A stretch of DNA of 64,000 bases from Eledone cirrhosa. Lineage: Eukaryota. A program made the position numbers and the translations under genes. The DNA is taken from contig OZ024741.1 in the NCBI GenBank assembly GCA_964016885.1, forward strand, positions 319,858,001 through 319,922,000, written 5' to 3'. This document shows, piece after piece, positions 1 to 15,677 of this stretch. The notes under the pieces are model-generated. The model ran no database searches. It was not told the DNA's origin and saw nothing but the letters and a program-made list of their open reading frames with translations. Position 1 is the stretch's first letter. Each line of letters opens with the position of its first letter.

Positions 1-692
1 AAGAAATAAAATAGCAGAGACAACAATGGCTAACCATGTACTAAAAGTGAAAACCATAGGGGCTGACAACCCTGTTTCAGATCATACTTCATTGCATATC
101 CAGGAATAGCTAAGGTGGACGTAAACAAAATGGAGTTGTCCTCACTACCAGCAATATCCTGGGTCGACATCCAACGAGAAGCCGAAGAATCTGGTTCTCT
201 GGCACAGGCTCAATACATTTTTACGTTAAGCAGAACTGCCCATCATCTTACGGTGATGAGTAGGAGTAGGGATTGTGACACAGCAAGGAAAACTATTGAG
301 GATATTAAGACATATGGGGAAAATGGGAGCCCAGACAAAAAGAGATCAAGAGATATGAATTCTCTTACGAAGAGTCGCCATGCCTAAGGAGAAACTAAAT
401 TTTAGGCTATTTCGAAAGGACAATTTCACCTTATTTCATTTAATACTGTTCCTAAAAGATTGAAGGTGAAATTGAGGCCGAGTACAGTTGTCTCTAGATG
501 GTCGATAAGGACCATATCAAGGATATACCAGCGGTTGACTAACCATAGCCCAGGGAATGTGGGTCCATGCGCAGTTTGGCTGGGACCGAAAAGGCTCCTG
601 GAAGATTTCGGTGTCGACAATGTTGAGAGACACGTTCTTATCACCCAGTTGATTGTGAACTGCCTTGATCCTAGGTGGCAGGTTTTAATTTC

Positions 693-940
693 TGCGTGGC
701 CTAGTGGCAAGGGTGTTGGACGTACGATCATAATGCTGTGGGTTCAATTCCTGGGCGGGGATGCATGTTGTATTCTTGAGCAAAACACTTCATTTCACGT
801 TGCTCTAGTATATTCAGCTGAAAATGAGTGCCAGCAATAGCTGGGAGTTTAACTTTGCAATAGACTGGTATCCTGCCCAAGGGCAAGTCTTGTACTATCA
901 GTCGCTTCACGCCACAAATCCGGGATAAAATGCGTTGCTG
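693..940 (+). mobile_element. Second tRNA-derived SINE type (CORE/Nin-like body)
   Basis: GTGGCCTAGTGG A-box, GGTTCAATTCC B-box, then TCTTGAGCAAAACACTT..CAGCTGAAAATGAG. Confidence 0.6.
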
Positions 941-2164
941 CATTTGTTCCTGATTTCGACTTAGCCTTTCGTTCTTCCGAGATCGATTATATTATATAAA
1001 GTACCAGTCAAATACCGAGTTCGATATAATCGACGTTCCTCTCCCAATAGATTACTGGTCTTTTATAGATAGGGTGGTGGATTGTCAATATCGTTCGACC
1101 GTCGGATATAAATGTTTTATATTATTTGTTACTGCTTTTACATTGTGAATACAAATTCTGCCGAGTTCAACTTACCCTTTCACCCTTCAGGGCTCTATGA
1201 AATAAAGTACCAGTCATATACTGAGGGCGATATAAACAACTTCCCCCACACGCACAAAAAAAACAAACTTTCAGGATTTTTACCCAGATTTGAAATTATT
1301 CATAGACATACAAATTCACTATTTACTAATAAAATTAAATAAAATAAGATATCGATAAATATTACGATTTGTTTTGAGAGTGGGTGTGAACATGTGGGAT
1401 CCACTAGAAAGAAAACCATTAACACGAAACTGCCAGTGTGAGATAAGAGAGAAAAAAATGAATAAGTGAATACATATGAAAAATATGAAAACTAAGAAAA
1501 TTACGATTGCCTTTTTCGAAATCTTGTGTGAATAACTGCTTACTAAGTTTCAAACCTCATAAACATTGCAGAATAATTTATTTCAACGTCGAAACAATTC
1601 TGAGTTATATGAATAATTGAAACACTTGGTTTATCGGAGACTAAAGTTTATGGCTTGAAAACATTTGAGAATAATCAAAATATAAAGAACAATGTATTAT
1701 TAGACAGATATTGTGTATTTCTGTGATATTTAGACATATATTGTGTATTTCAGTGATATTAGATACATATATATATTCTGTGTTTCAATGATAACAGAAA
1801 TGTGGCCGAAACGATTCAATTAGATTCGAGATATTTGCGGTTATTTGGAGAAAGTTTTAATGGAACTGAGTACAAGCACGTTTTACATAGAAGCCGTTTT
1901 TATATGACTATATATCATACGTAGCCGCTTAACGCGATCAAGCTTAAACTTCAAAATCATTTCTTCTTCTTCTTCTTCTTCTTCTTCTTCTTCTTCTCAA
2001 ATGTGTTGACATTCTGACCTTTGTATTTTCTTGCCAAATTGATCCTTGCTCTTCTCCACCAAAACTTATTAGCTTTTCTCTACCATTCTCACCTCTCTTT
2101 TTTATTCATTATTCTTCAATGTTATAACTACTTCTTCTACCCCACTATTCTTAATTCCAGTATA

Positions 2165-2263
2165 CAGGGTGTTCCCACAAATGTATACACACTTTGATTA
2201 CCTGTACAGGCAAGATTTATTAGAATGCAGTTGAAGTGTGTATACATTTTGGGGGTCACACTG
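2165..2263. mobile_element. Tc1/mariner-type MITE flanked by TA
   Basis: TA-CAGGGTGTTCCCACAAATGTATACACACTT...AAGTGTGTATACATTTTGGGGGTCACACTG-TA. Confidence 0.8.
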
Positions 2264-2969
2264 TATTTATTCGACATAACTAGTTGATATTTCAACTGTC
2301 TCCGACAACCGATATTGTCCGCAGTGTTGGACTGCGCTTCTTCCTCGCGTGTTATAAATAAGTTATTCCACATGTATATTTGCATTGAGTTTTGATTCTC
2401 AGATTTTAGTGTTTTACAATATCTAAGAAATATATGTGGGCTTCAGCATGATTACAATCCAATGCGTTATGTCAGTAAAACAATAAAATAATGCATTCTA
2501 TTGTTTAATTTTCCCACCGCATGTCAACTCCGTTTGAGCAGACCTGTGATCAAAGGTATTCAAGCCATAACCAGTGAATCCGCACCATTTGTAGTTGCAA
2601 ATGTGACACTGATCTAATGGTCACTACCGGTATTATTGATCGTGAGGCTTGCATTTATTTTTCCTTTTGACTGGAGCACCAATATGTGGATGGGTATGCG
2701 GAACACCAGAATTCATTTCTCCCTCAGTTTAAAAAGAAGGTATGTGCTTCCACGCTCTGGACGATGGAGCAAACACAGTGCAAACACCGTGCTGAATGTT
2801 GGTTAGAACTTCCCCCGATTTTTCTTTCCCTTTTATTTTCTGGATGAATCTGTCGATGAAATAAGGATTTGCGTTTTGTGATATATTTCTTACATGCTTA
2901 TTCCTTTGTCACGATCTGACTGATGATCACTGTTTTTTTTATCATTTGCGGTTATTATTGTCGATATAA

Positions 2970-3152
2970 GGGCGGTGAATTGGCAGTATCGGTAGAGGGT
3001 CGGACATGCTTTCCAGCATAGTTACGTCCCTTTACGATCTGAGTTCAAATCCCGCCGAGGTTGACTTTGCTTTTCATCCTTACGGGGCCGATAAAATAAA
3101 GTACCAGTAATGTACTGAGATAATTGCTGGCCTTGTGCCAAAAGTAGAAACA
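2970..3152 (+). mobile_element. tRNA-derived SINE (Meta-domain-like core)
   Basis: A-box-like TGGCAGTATCGG, B-box GTTCAAATCC and core TTTCATCCTTACGGGGCCGATAAAATAAAGTACCAG. Candidate TSD ATTATTGTCGA. Confidence 0.85.
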
Positions 3153-3387
3153 ATTATTGTCGACGTCGTCGTTGTTGTTGTTGTTGGTGGTAATGCAGCT
3201 CCTATTAATGTTGTATGTGGCTGTATACTCAGATGTCAAATTATGGAAGTATGTATTTATAAGTGTAGCCGTTTATTCAATGTCCTTTTCCATCTGCTTT
3301 TTTTTTTTAACACGGTTGTCATGTTAAACATCATGTGTGTGTGCACTGAGGGTATTCGCCATAGTGGGATCTTCCAAGAAGAAGATA

Positions 3388-3577
<190 letters not shown>

Positions 3578-3851
3578 GCAGAATATACCCCACAACTTAC
3601 CGTGGATATCTCTGTGTGTATATATATACACACACACAGATATCCACGGTAAGTTGTGGGGTATATTCTGCATGAAGAACTCAATGTAATCCATATGTTG
3701 AAAATGTTGTAGGTTAAGATAAATCCCGGAAAACAATTAAACATTAAAAGGAAAACAGAGTCATGATATAAGTTAAAACAATGAAATAAAAAATCAAGTC
3801 ATTAGAGATATACTTCACTGCTTTACGATCGTTTCTAGATGAGATGATAAT

Positions 3852-4034
3852 TGTTTCTACTTTAGGCACACGGCCAGCAATTACCCAGTGCATTACTGGT
3901 ACTTTATTTTATCGACCCCGTAAGGATGAAAGGCAAAGTCAACCTCGGCGGGATTTGAACTCAGATCATAAAGGGACGTAACTATGCTGGAAAATATGGC
4001 GTCCGACCCTCTACCGATACTGCCAATCCACTCA
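3852..4034 (-). mobile_element. Same SINE family with an 18-bp TSD
   Basis: TCTAGATGAGATGATAAT at 3834-3851 and 4035-4052. Confidence 0.9.
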
Positions 4035-4078
4035 TCTAGATGAGATGATAATACAGTGTAGCTATACTTCCTTATTGA

Positions 4079-4170
<92 letters not shown>

Positions 4171-4267
4171 ATAAAACGAAAAATCAGTGATGCATCTGGA
4201 CTCAGTTTATTGTGTTTCAATTGTTTCGTCGGCAGATACCGCCTATGGAAGCATCATAGCTACCATT

Positions 4268-4314
<47 letters not shown>

Positions 4315-4384
4315 ATGGATTTTGTGTGATGTGCTTTTGGCTAGTTTATATCGTTGTATTTAGATTTTGGGTAAATCGTGTAAG

Positions 4385-4436
<52 letters not shown>

Positions 4437-5640
4437 TTTCCTTACACGATTTACCAAAAATCTAAATATAACGATATAAATAGCCAAAAGCACATCACAT
4501 AAAATACAATTACTCAATTAAATTAACCCCTCCCCCATTATACTGATAGCCAGAGGACGAACTTTATCAACCAACAATAACCCTCAATATATATACGTAG
4601 GGTTGAGGCAAAAACATAATACAATATACTTCGATACGTTAACATTTTAGCACACAAAAGAAAGTCAGATAAATTCAAATTAAGACCCTCATAGGAATGA
4701 GAAGCCCTGCCCATTCCAGGATAAATTCGTCGGACAAAGCGGTGCCTTCTTTTATGATATACCTACCCACTCACTTCCTTTGCGCTGATAGAAATCGAGG
4801 TACACCTTTTTACCCACTATGTTTTTGAATTTTGATTCTGTTGCAGTTCACTTTGTTTTTAGTTTTCATTCAGATTTATGTTTCTAGCACTATCCTGTTT
4901 GTGTTTTCCGTTGCATAATCCCCCCCCCCCCCAATATAGCGAACACGACAAGTCTTATGTCTTGCGAGTGTTAAAGGAGTGATTATTCTTTTAAAAAGGC
5001 TAGTCAGTGAATAAAGGATAATGTTACCGCACACGTGAGATTAACGCAGTTTACGTTAAGCTTGAATATTTGCAGGAAGGTTGCACTGCCGTGTGGGATA
5101 TCTGGTAGTAAAGGCTAGAAAACTAGCTAATTCCGAAGAACAGCATGCTGTTTAGATAACAATAAAAGAGACAGATAGATAACACCATGCATCTGGAGAT
5201 CACACGATCTTTGGCGTGGTGTTAATATGATACTGGGACCATGGTACTTTCCCAGACTTATTAACAACGTATGTAAAATGAAACGATCAACGATCCTAAA
5301 TGATTGCATGAAAAGACTCGCTTTGTCTGAATTTTCAGTAGTATTGTATAAACATCATACGAACTGGCTAGTCGAAATAGATAAAGAAAATCGTTAGGCA
5401 TTTCCGTTTATAGAAGAAAAAATTATACTTATACTGAATATATATCGATTAAGCATTGCCTGGTATAGATATTTGATTTTGTTTGATTTTTCTTCTGGAA
5501 GAAATATATTTTATTTAGAATTCGGAAATTAATACACATACAAACATATAAAGACTAAACGAAAACAAACGACGTTCAACAAATAGAAGCGCTGGCTGGA
5601 ATTGATTAATATACATAAGAGAGTATGAGTGTTTTTACCT

Positions 5641-7110
<1,470 letters not shown>

Positions 7111-7508
7111 TCAAATATATATTTATTTATTTATATATCGACCGAAAAAGTAAAGCAAATACGACACAATGTAACGAAAGAAAAGGTAACGTTTTACAAA
7201 TACAAAACCCATATTTTCCTCAATAATTCTTGATTAGAGAATGTTATGATGACATGAAAGTATTATCAAACATAGGTTCAACATCACACGAAAGTTTCAC
7301 TACTTTTGAGGGGGTATGTGTGTTTGTATGTATATACCTGTACGTATGTGTACGTATGCGTACGTTTGTGAGTATGCTTATGTGCGTGCATTCATTTAAT
7401 GTATTACTTGGTAAATATATATTTAATCAATATAAGGGGGCTTTCGCAGAGAAATCGAATGCTTATTGGTGAATATTGGCGAATATCATTACAAGACAAC
7501 CACAAATG

Positions 7509-7543
<35 letters not shown>

Positions 7544-7605
7544 AGTAAGTAAGTTAATTTTATAATTTTCTTATTTTACGTCTCTTATATATATATATAT
7601 ATATA

Positions 7606-7846
7606 TATTTATTAAAGTAACAGATTAAAGTTTAAGCAAAGAATCACTGCTTTCACCCTTAACGGGATCTTCTGAAACTAACAAAGTCAATCTGTGAACG
7701 CAGAAGTAAATATTACAAAAAACGTTGCAACCGGAGGAAGACAGGAAGACGATACTTTGCTCCACGGTTCTTATATATTTGATATATATTTATCCTTATC
7801 GAGCCCTCTTTGGATTTTAGTCTTCAAATTTATTATTATTATTACT
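7606..7846. mobile_element. Short PLE family A insertion (inverted terminal segment + tail) in (TA)n; relatives at 18342-18364, 27360-27475 and 50522-50695
   Basis: The sequence matches the PLE-2 ends (TTATTAAAATAACAGATTAAAGTTTAAGC...). Confidence 0.85.
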
Positions 7847-7881
7847 ATATATATATATATATATATATGTTCATATATATG

Positions 7882-7949
<68 letters not shown>

Positions 7950-8018
7950 GGTTAAACAAGGTTCAATGAATAAATCAATGAATAAAGTTTCACAATAGAT
8001 TAGAAGCACTCAACATTT

Positions 8019-9377
8019 ATGCTAAATATGGTAAATAGAAAACTGCCGGTGATTACCGGTGGTGTATATAGGGACGATATTTTATTTACTGTTGTCAAGC
8101 ATAGCAATACAGAACTAAATAGGGTTAAGAAAACTATAATTGAATTCTTTAAAAATTACGACCTTAAATTAGAAGTTGAAAGTAGTACCAAAATAGTTAA
8201 TTTCCTTGACGTCACCATTAACTCAGGATTTTATTACCCTTTCCATAAGCCTAATGAAAACTTAAATTACGTTAGCTATTACTCTAATCACCCTAAATCC
8301 ATGAAAAATGCAATAGTCAATAGTGTCCAAAAACGCATAACTAGAATATCCGCCAATAAATCCATTTTTGATGAAAAGGCTGGATACTATAACGAGGCGC
8401 TACGTAAGGCAGGTTATAAAAATAATATTGAATATATGGATAATACTAATTTGAATTATAAACCGGGTAAAAATACGAGTAACATAAATAAACTAGATTC
8501 TAAAAATCATTTAAATATAAATACAAACACCAATGCCGTGAATAAATCTGGTAAAAAAATCAGAACTAAATCAATTATATGGTTTGCTCCTCCCGCGTCT
8601 GTAGCAATCAAAACACCACTAGCAAATCTATTCTTTAAAGCTTTAGATAAAAGTTTCCCCCCAAAATATAAGTACCATTCCATATTCAACAGACACACAA
8701 TTAAGCTTTCTTATTCTACAACTATGAATATAGCCCAGAACATTGCAAAAATAAATAGTAGAATTCTAAATCATAACCAACAAACAATTATGGATAATGA
8801 CTATATTAACAGAAACAATATTAATACTGGGAATAACAATAACATTAATTTAAGCACTATCAATAGAACACTTCCAACTACTAGTAATGTTAATGTCAAT
8901 TGTTCAAATTATAGTAATAACAATAAATCGAAATGTAATTGTAGAAATAGATCAAATTGCCCTCTGCAAAATAATTGTCTGGATAGCAATCTAGTCTATA
9001 AATGCACCGTCAAAGCAAATAACATCACATACAACTATATTGGTGCAACTTCATCGACCTTCAAATTAAGATTTTCGAATCACAAATATTCATTCTCGAA
9101 TCCTAATAGGAAACTTTCGACCTCTTTATCACAACTTATATGGTCATTAAAAGACAAAAATTTAAAATACTCGATTTCTTGGTCTAAGCTGTGTAATGGT
9201 CAAGTCTACTTGTATTCTTCAATATCACCTAACTGCAATCTTTGTACTATGGAGACCCTATTAATAATTACTAATTATGATAACTTAATTAACAAAAAAA
9301 GTGAATTATTCTCAAATTGTTTACATAAAGCTACTTCTACATTCCAAGCCTCACAAAAAGTCAGGAAAAAACATTGA
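8019..9377 (+). CDS. Penelope-like element (Naiad-type) RT C-terminus + GIY-YIG endonuclease, 5'-truncated
   Basis: YRDD, VNFLDVT, YYSNHP, IIWFAPP, Asn-rich linker, CNCRNRSNCPLQNNC, LVYK..YIGAT..FKLRFSNH (GIY-YIG), CNLC..E. Confidence 0.9.
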   Translation: MLNMVNRKLPVITGGVYRDDILFTVVKHSNTELNRVKKTIIEFFKNYDLKLEVESSTKIVNFLDVTINSGFYYPFHKPNENLNYVSYYSNHPKSMKNAIVNSVQKRITRISANKSIFDEKAGYYNEALRKAGYKNNIEYMDNTNLNYKPGKNTSNINKLDSKNHLNINTNTNAVNKSGKKIRTKSIIWFAPPASVAIKTPLANLFFKALDKSFPPKYKYHSIFNRHTIKLSYSTTMNIAQNIAKINSRILNHNQQTIMDNDYINRNNINTGNNNNINLSTINRTLPTTSNVNVNCSNYSNNNKSKCNCRNRSNCPLQNNCLDSNLVYKCTVKANNITYNYIGATSSTFKLRFSNHKYSFSNPNRKLSTSLSQLIWSLKDKNLKYSISWSKLCNGQVYLYSSISPNCNLCTMETLLIITNYDNLINKKSELFSNCLHKATSTFQASQKVRKKH

Positions 9378-9587
9378 ATAAATAAGTTTTGATTTTGACG
9401 TTTATTATCAACTCAGTGCGTAAAACGATACTACAACAGATTATAAACCTTCTAATAATGTTTATTATTTACGATATGATTAATGTTGGATTAAGGGTTC
9501 TACATAAACATATAAATTGTTAACATAATCTTTTGATGAGTATGCATATCATTTGATTGTTTAAATACATTTAATTTTTCGGGGGTT

Positions 9588-10697
9588 TTGTATTTTTAAA
9601 TTATATAGCTTACATATTTGACACTTATATGGACTCGTTAACCATTCATTTATTTATTTTGAATCTCTGTTTTATGATTCAAGAAGTTTGTTTTGTATAT
9701 TTGTAGTATAGATGTCTTACATGATCCTAGTTGACTAAATTTTTTTCCACTTAACTTGATATACCCATTTATAACACTATGAACAGTAATTATATTTATT
9801 ATATTACATATAACTGACTAATATCGTCTTAAACTTTAAACAGTATACTCTTTGTATAAATTTAGACAAATGGGTATATCTAGTTTAATAATATCCTTTT
9901 TAAGTACATTTATATGGCTTTTGGATACTTAAGGGCATTCTAATTTTAACTTTATAATTGTAATTATTTTCTAAATTATATAATGATTATTTTTTAATGT
10001 AATTTTTTAAAATATAATTTAATTTGGATTACCTTCGGGTTGATGGAAATCTTAAGTCTTTTCTTTCTCATGTTTGCAAACACTTTAAATATGATATTAT
10101 ACTATAATATAAATCCTTATAATTTTTTTTTGTATTTTTAAATTATATAGCTTTCATATTTGACACTTATATGGACTCGTAAACCATTCATTTATTTATT
10201 TTGAATCTGTGATTTATGATTCAAGAAGTTTGATTTGTATATGTATAGTATATATGTCTTACATGATCCTAGTTGACTAATTTTTTCTACTTAACTTGAT
10301 GTAAAACTTTATTTATAACACTATTAACAGTAATTATATTTATTATATTATATATAACTGACTAATATCGTCTTAAACATTAAACAGTATACTCTTTGTA
10401 TAAATTGAGACAAATGGGTATATCTAGTTTAATAATATCCTTTTAAAGTACATTTATATGGCTTTTGGATACTTAAGGGCATTCTAATTTTAACTTTATA
10501 ATTGTAATTATTTTCTAAATTATATAATGATTATTTTTTAATATAATTTTTTAATATAACATTTTTTTAATAACATTTTTTAATAGAATTTAATTTGGAT
10601 TACCTTCGGGTTGATGAAAATCTTAAGTCTTTTCTTTCTCATGTTTGCAAACACTTTAAATATGATATTATACTATAATATAATCCTTATAAATTTT
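9588..10697 (+). repeat. Two-copy ~542-560-bp tandem duplication inside the PLE-1 3' UTR
   Basis: TATTTTTAAATTATATAGCTT starts at 9591 and 10133, followed by long colinear identity. Confidence 0.9.
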
Positions 10698-11408
10698 ATA
10701 GTCAGAAATCTTATGTCATTAGATTAATTCACTATTTCTAACTAACATAAGGATTCGAAATTTTAACGGTCATCCGGATGCGCCGGGATATATATATTCG
10801 ATTAATTGACTATTTCTAATTAACTTAAGGATTCGAAAATAAACCGCCATATAACTACACCCAGATATATATTTGATGTTTTGATTGATTGATTATTTCT
10901 AAATAATTTTAGGATTCGAAAATAATCATTCACCAAGCTATGCCCAAATATATATTTATATATATATTTTTACCTCATCTAATTATACGCTGTTTATCCA
11001 TAACAATACAAGTCTCCCTCCCTGTGTTTTATACTATAAAACTTATTTCTTTCTCCTCTTCTCTCTATCCTTAATCTTTTGCTTTCGTGCATATGATAAT
11101 TCTATATTTCTAGTCATTCTCTCTTTCCTCATCTGTCTCTCTCTCCGTTTTTCACTTCCTTTTTCTATAAGATATATTACTTTATTTAAATTATTTAAAT
11201 TTTTAACAGTTATGTAGGCTTATATTATACCAGTAGTTATTTATTATTATGTATCTTTATAAGCTCTCTCACACGCACCCTCTGTATTATATGTATTTTT
11301 TCATGTCTCAATCTTAAGGTATATAAATATTGAGTTTTGTCATAACTAATTCACTGCCATGACTGAATTTTAACCATCAACATAGTCAAGGTATGTCAAG
11401 AATCAACT

Positions 11409-11475
11409 TATTTTATCTGATGAGGACGTACTGTTGAAAATAGCTCAGTACCTCTGAAATATGTATAATAAAATA
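11409..11475 (+). ncRNA. Type I hammerhead ribozyme (PLE-1 pLTR)
   Basis: TATTTTAT-CTGATGA-[GTACTG..CAGTAC stem II]-GAAA-TATGTA-TA-ATAAAATA. Confidence 0.85.
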
Positions 11476-11742
11476 TACTTGATCACATGAATGTCTATAT
11501 TTGTTAATATTTTGAATTAATATATATATATATATATATTAGAAAGTGAGGTTTTTTTTTACAAAATGAAAAATAACCGAGGTGTCCTACATGAGTGAAA
11601 GTATAAGGAAAAAAGATGAAATCGAAAAAGCAACTGGAGTTTTTTTTTTTTAAATATATATTTATTTGGTTCCTTTACCGGTTTTTCGCAGTTCTTCTGC
11701 TTTTCAAAAGTAGAATTGAGATGGAGGGTCTGTGGTTTTTCT

Positions 11743-11795
<53 letters not shown>

Positions 11796-11885
11796 GTAAA
11801 AGGTAAACAGAAATAACAACACAATCAGCACAGTATATGGAAGGGATATATTAGGTTAACGCATGATATAGCATGAAGAGGGTAT

Positions 11886-11914
11886 TAACGTTTCGGACGC
11901 TAGTCCTTCATCAG
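11886..11914 (-). ncRNA. Minimal hammerhead core; stem I partner not evident
   Basis: CTGATGA-AGGAC TAGC GTCC-GAAA-CGT-TA. Confidence 0.5.
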
Positions 11915-12309
11915 AAGAAAGAATGAAAAATAAGATAGATTGAGGGGACGGGCGGGCTGGAATTGAAAAAAATGTCTTTAGATAAAGATAACAGGTCCAT
12001 TCATTTTGAAACCTCTTGCAAAATTGTTGGTGCTGGCGTTTTGTGTATGATTTATTTTTTTAGAAAAGTGGATGATGGAGCGCGTCTACCTGAAATGGAA
12101 AAAAACTGTTTTGTAAAAAGAGCTATACTTGTGCACGTGCGTAAGCATGTGTGTGTGTATGTGCATGTGTATATATATATACATATATATTCTTTTACTC
12201 TTTTACCTGTTCTAGCCATCCGGCTGAGGTCATGCGGGGGGCACTGTTCTTGTTGCTTCACTTTCTATATCAAGTCTGCGTTAGGTTCCATTAATGTAGG
12301 TTACCTACT

Positions 12310-12955
12310 ATGTTATGGTCCGAGAAAATCGTTGGTGTCACCTTTACATTATGGATGAGTACCGTGTTATTTGTAAAGCAGAGATCCAGGACATTCTCAC
12401 TTCTTGTTGGGTGGAGTATTACTTGTTCAATGAACAGCCTGTTTGTGAGGTGCAACAGTGATTCTGCCCGTCTCTGTTCATGTTAAGGCATTCCTGAGAG
12501 GAGGTGGCATTCAGGCCTTTTGACCTTGGGAATGTTAAAGTTTCACAGCAGCAGTATGTTGAGACTGTGATCCAGTTTGTTATGGACTTCTTCCATCTTT
12601 CCGAGGCTATCTTCCAACTTACTTTCATGACTAAGGGCTTCCGGTGGCCGATATGTGACACATATTACCATTTTGAGTTGCTTTACATGTACTATCAGTG
12701 TCTCACAGACTGAGATGGAATATTTCAACAGTAGAATGCGTGTGAGATCATCACGGATGTACACGAGTTCTGACTCTCCTGTCAGTACGAAATACAAGAT
12801 ACTTTGGTAAGTGTATTTCCACATCTGCTATGCTAGTTGTCACGTGCGTTACAGTTAATGCCATGCATATTGCTTGATTGCTTGTGGGTAGGTCTCTCAG
12901 GTAGTGAATTTTACTGATGTCGGTGAGTTTCACCAGGCCTCTGACATTCAATAGT
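12310..12955 (-). mobile_element. Decayed APE-endonuclease domain of a CR1/L2-type LINE
   Basis: LNVRGL, VFRTDR, TYRPP, HPTRSENVLDLCFTN and FSDHN occur across frames. Confidence 0.75.
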
Positions 12956-13035
12956 AGCTCTGGTGTGACATTTGGGTGTCAGCAGTGGCTGTCGATATGG
13001 TGTTTGAGTTGGTGTCTGTGCTGGCCATCCTGGGT

Positions 13036-13089
<54 letters not shown>

Positions 13090-13283
13090 GTGGAAGCTTA
13101 GTAAGATCGAAGCTTTGGCTGTGAGCCAGCAAAGTCGACCTACAGTATGAATGAGTTAGCAAACCACTCAATAAGGGTAGGTCCTTAAAGTAATAACATA
13201 CGTTTAAATAGTTTGACAAATTGAACATTGTGGTAGGCAAAACCTAACACACAATACCAAAGTAACGAAAAAACTAACAGGTT

Positions 13284-13321
<38 letters not shown>

Positions 13322-13323
13322 TA

Positions 13324-13456
13324 TAGGAACAAGTAAGACCCCGACGGCTGAGCTCAAGCCGTTTCGACGGCTAATTCTGTACTCACTCTACTACCCTAAG
13401 TATTGAGTACTTTGGTGCGTTATGGTCCACCTGGTTCCTTACCACATTTCCTTCGT

Positions 13457-13458
<2 letters not shown>
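13324..13458. mobile_element. Short PLE family B insertion in (TA)n; relatives at 17866-18050 and 26431-26588
   Basis: An inverted piece of 41120-41160 is joined to the tail seen at 41170-41246. Confidence 0.8.
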
Positions 13459-13507
<49 letters not shown>

Positions 13508-14666
13508 AGGTGAGTGTGCGTTTACAATACTATACCATAGCCCGCAAACCTTAATATACACATTACAATACCAACAAATACATTGGACATAGACGATACA
13601 AACATTTTACAGTCATACTCACACAACCACTAGAATATTACTAAACATGAATCGCATTTCAATTTAGGCAATATGTACACAAATAGATAAACTTCAGGGT
13701 AATACAATGATGTATACTTCGATCTCATATTCCACACGCACACACATCTAACGTAAACACTACCAAATAATAAGATCATAACGATTCAATCTGTTAATCT
13801 CTACACTTAAATCTAATATAAAACTAATGTCCGCACATATATCTAAACATCTTCACTACCTTACTCATAAAACTGTTTTTATCAAAGTCACATATCTTTA
13901 TATATCTACACTTCAACAAGTCGCCGCCTTCACTGTAGCACAAACCGATATATAGTCGCCTATTCGACACCAAATACTAACCTTATCTTTCATCTATACC
14001 ATTCATTTCACCAATTTCTTTTACACTTCAAAGTCATTACCCGTAGCTCCCATAAATCATATTAGCCTTTCTCCTGTATACCACTGTTCCCTACTTCTAG
14101 CCTTTCTTTTTATAGCTTTGTTAGATATTCTCTCCTAATTGTTTTATTGTCTCACACCAAACACTGATTGGCCAAACGCCAAACAATTTGCCATCGACCT
14201 AAAACGTATTGTATTTCACCAGATTACTACGACAACAACATTTAACACTGGCTTGTATCTGTAACAATTCCACATATATCTAACGATCCATGCGCACCTC
14301 TCATTGGTGAATCTCAAGCACACTGACCATCATAATTTACACTGGTTAACATCCGTAACTTTGTTGCGAGTACAAAGGAATACGATTAATTTAGAGAAGA
14401 ACACCCTCTCTTCATTTCTGTGGGAATACATATTCCCCGATTTGGTTTTCGTGTGCTATTAAGTATTTTGAGCTGCAGCATAGTCGCAATCGACATTTTC
14501 CCCCTGAAAACAGTGGATGGTTGGTTATTCCCCCGGATCAAGCCCCTCCTTGGACTTTTCACTATTTTATTTTTCGCGTGTTATCCTGTTGTCAACAAAT
14601 ATGACTTCCAAACCAATCGGTAAGACTAGCTTTGTAGAAAGGGGACTAGGAGAGGAGGCGGAAAAC

Positions 14667-14750
14667 CAAATATACATGTGGAATAACTTATTTATAACAC
14701 GCGAGGAAGAAGCGTAATCCGACACTTCGGACAATATCGGTTGTCGGAGA
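14667..14750 (+). repeat. Unclassified dispersed repeat; inverted copy at 2299-2382
   Basis: CAAATATACATGTGGAATAACTTATTTATAACACGCGAGGAAGAAGCG... occurs in both places. Confidence 0.8.
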
Positions 14751-15619
14751 TCAGTTTTAGAGGAGAATAATTATGTTTCCTTGTTTATTTTTCCGTGTGC
14801 TATCAAATAAACTGACCTCCGAACATTCTACAAACGTCTTTTTCTCCCCGGAAAACGGAGGGGGCTGCCCCCCCCCCTCCCCCGGGTACCCCTAGCCATG
14901 ATCCTAACTATAACCCTCTACTTACCACTATAGGCGGCGAATTGGCAGAGTTGTCATAACGTCGGATAGCATGCTTTGCGTTACTCGTTTCAATTCTCTC
15001 TATTTAAATCCTGCCGAGGTCCACTTTGCCTTTCATTCATTTGAGGTCGATAAAAAAGTACCAGTCTAGTACTGGAGTCGATTCTTCCACTATATCTCTT
15101 TATCACTTCCGTTATCTCACTCTCTGTCCTTTTCTGGAAGAAATCTGCTGTATTCAGACCTGGAGAGGATTGGGCTCCTCCAGGTTTAAAAATGCTGTAG
15201 AAACACCGTATGTCAATACCGTACCCCTAAGCGTCTTGCAGAAATTATGAGACCACTAATGCATCAATACCTAGCTCTAAACCTAACATGAACCATCAGG
15301 CTTTCCTACTCTACTACCATGAACCTCGAAAACTCGAAAACTCGAGGGCGACCGGCAAAGGTGGAAGATGCTGGATGGCGGTCGTCCTCAGGTCTTTGAT
15401 TTTCAGCCCCATGGATTTTATCTATTACATTCACTTATTATATTTCGAATACCAGTTGATATCACCGGATTCATACGGAACCCGGTCATTGAAATGATCA
15501 TAGTATAATAAACCTTTCAAGGATTTACACAAGTCCAGCCTCCTGTCATTTCATTATAATATATATATATATATTGTGACGAAACATAAGTCAATTGCAT
15601 GAACTCATAATCCTTTATT

Positions 15620-15677
15620 TACTGGTATATATATTTCGATGATAGCCTTTGAATGGCTATGACCTCATCAGGCAGTT
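15620..15677 (-). ncRNA. Type I hammerhead ribozyme
   Basis: ACTGC-CTGATGA-[ATAGCC..GGCTAT]-GAAA-TATATA-TA-CCAGT, between two (TA)n tracts. Confidence 0.7.

Larger units (their letters stand above)
7947..11521 (+). mobile_element. Penelope-like element PLE-1: inverted terminal tail (7947-8015) + ORF + ~2.1-kb 3' UTR/pLTR with hammerhead, flanked by (TA)n
   Basis: 7947-8015 is a diverged reverse complement of the tail at 49498-49570. The 3' end at ~11520 resembles 49430-49474. A hammerhead lies at 11409-11475. Confidence 0.75.

Noticed and set aside
115-840. Short ORFs at the window start
   Set aside because: There is no recognisable domain, and they partly overlap a SINE.
2970-3060. tRNA genes
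   Set aside because: The A/B boxes belong to SINE heads, with no complete cloverleaf.
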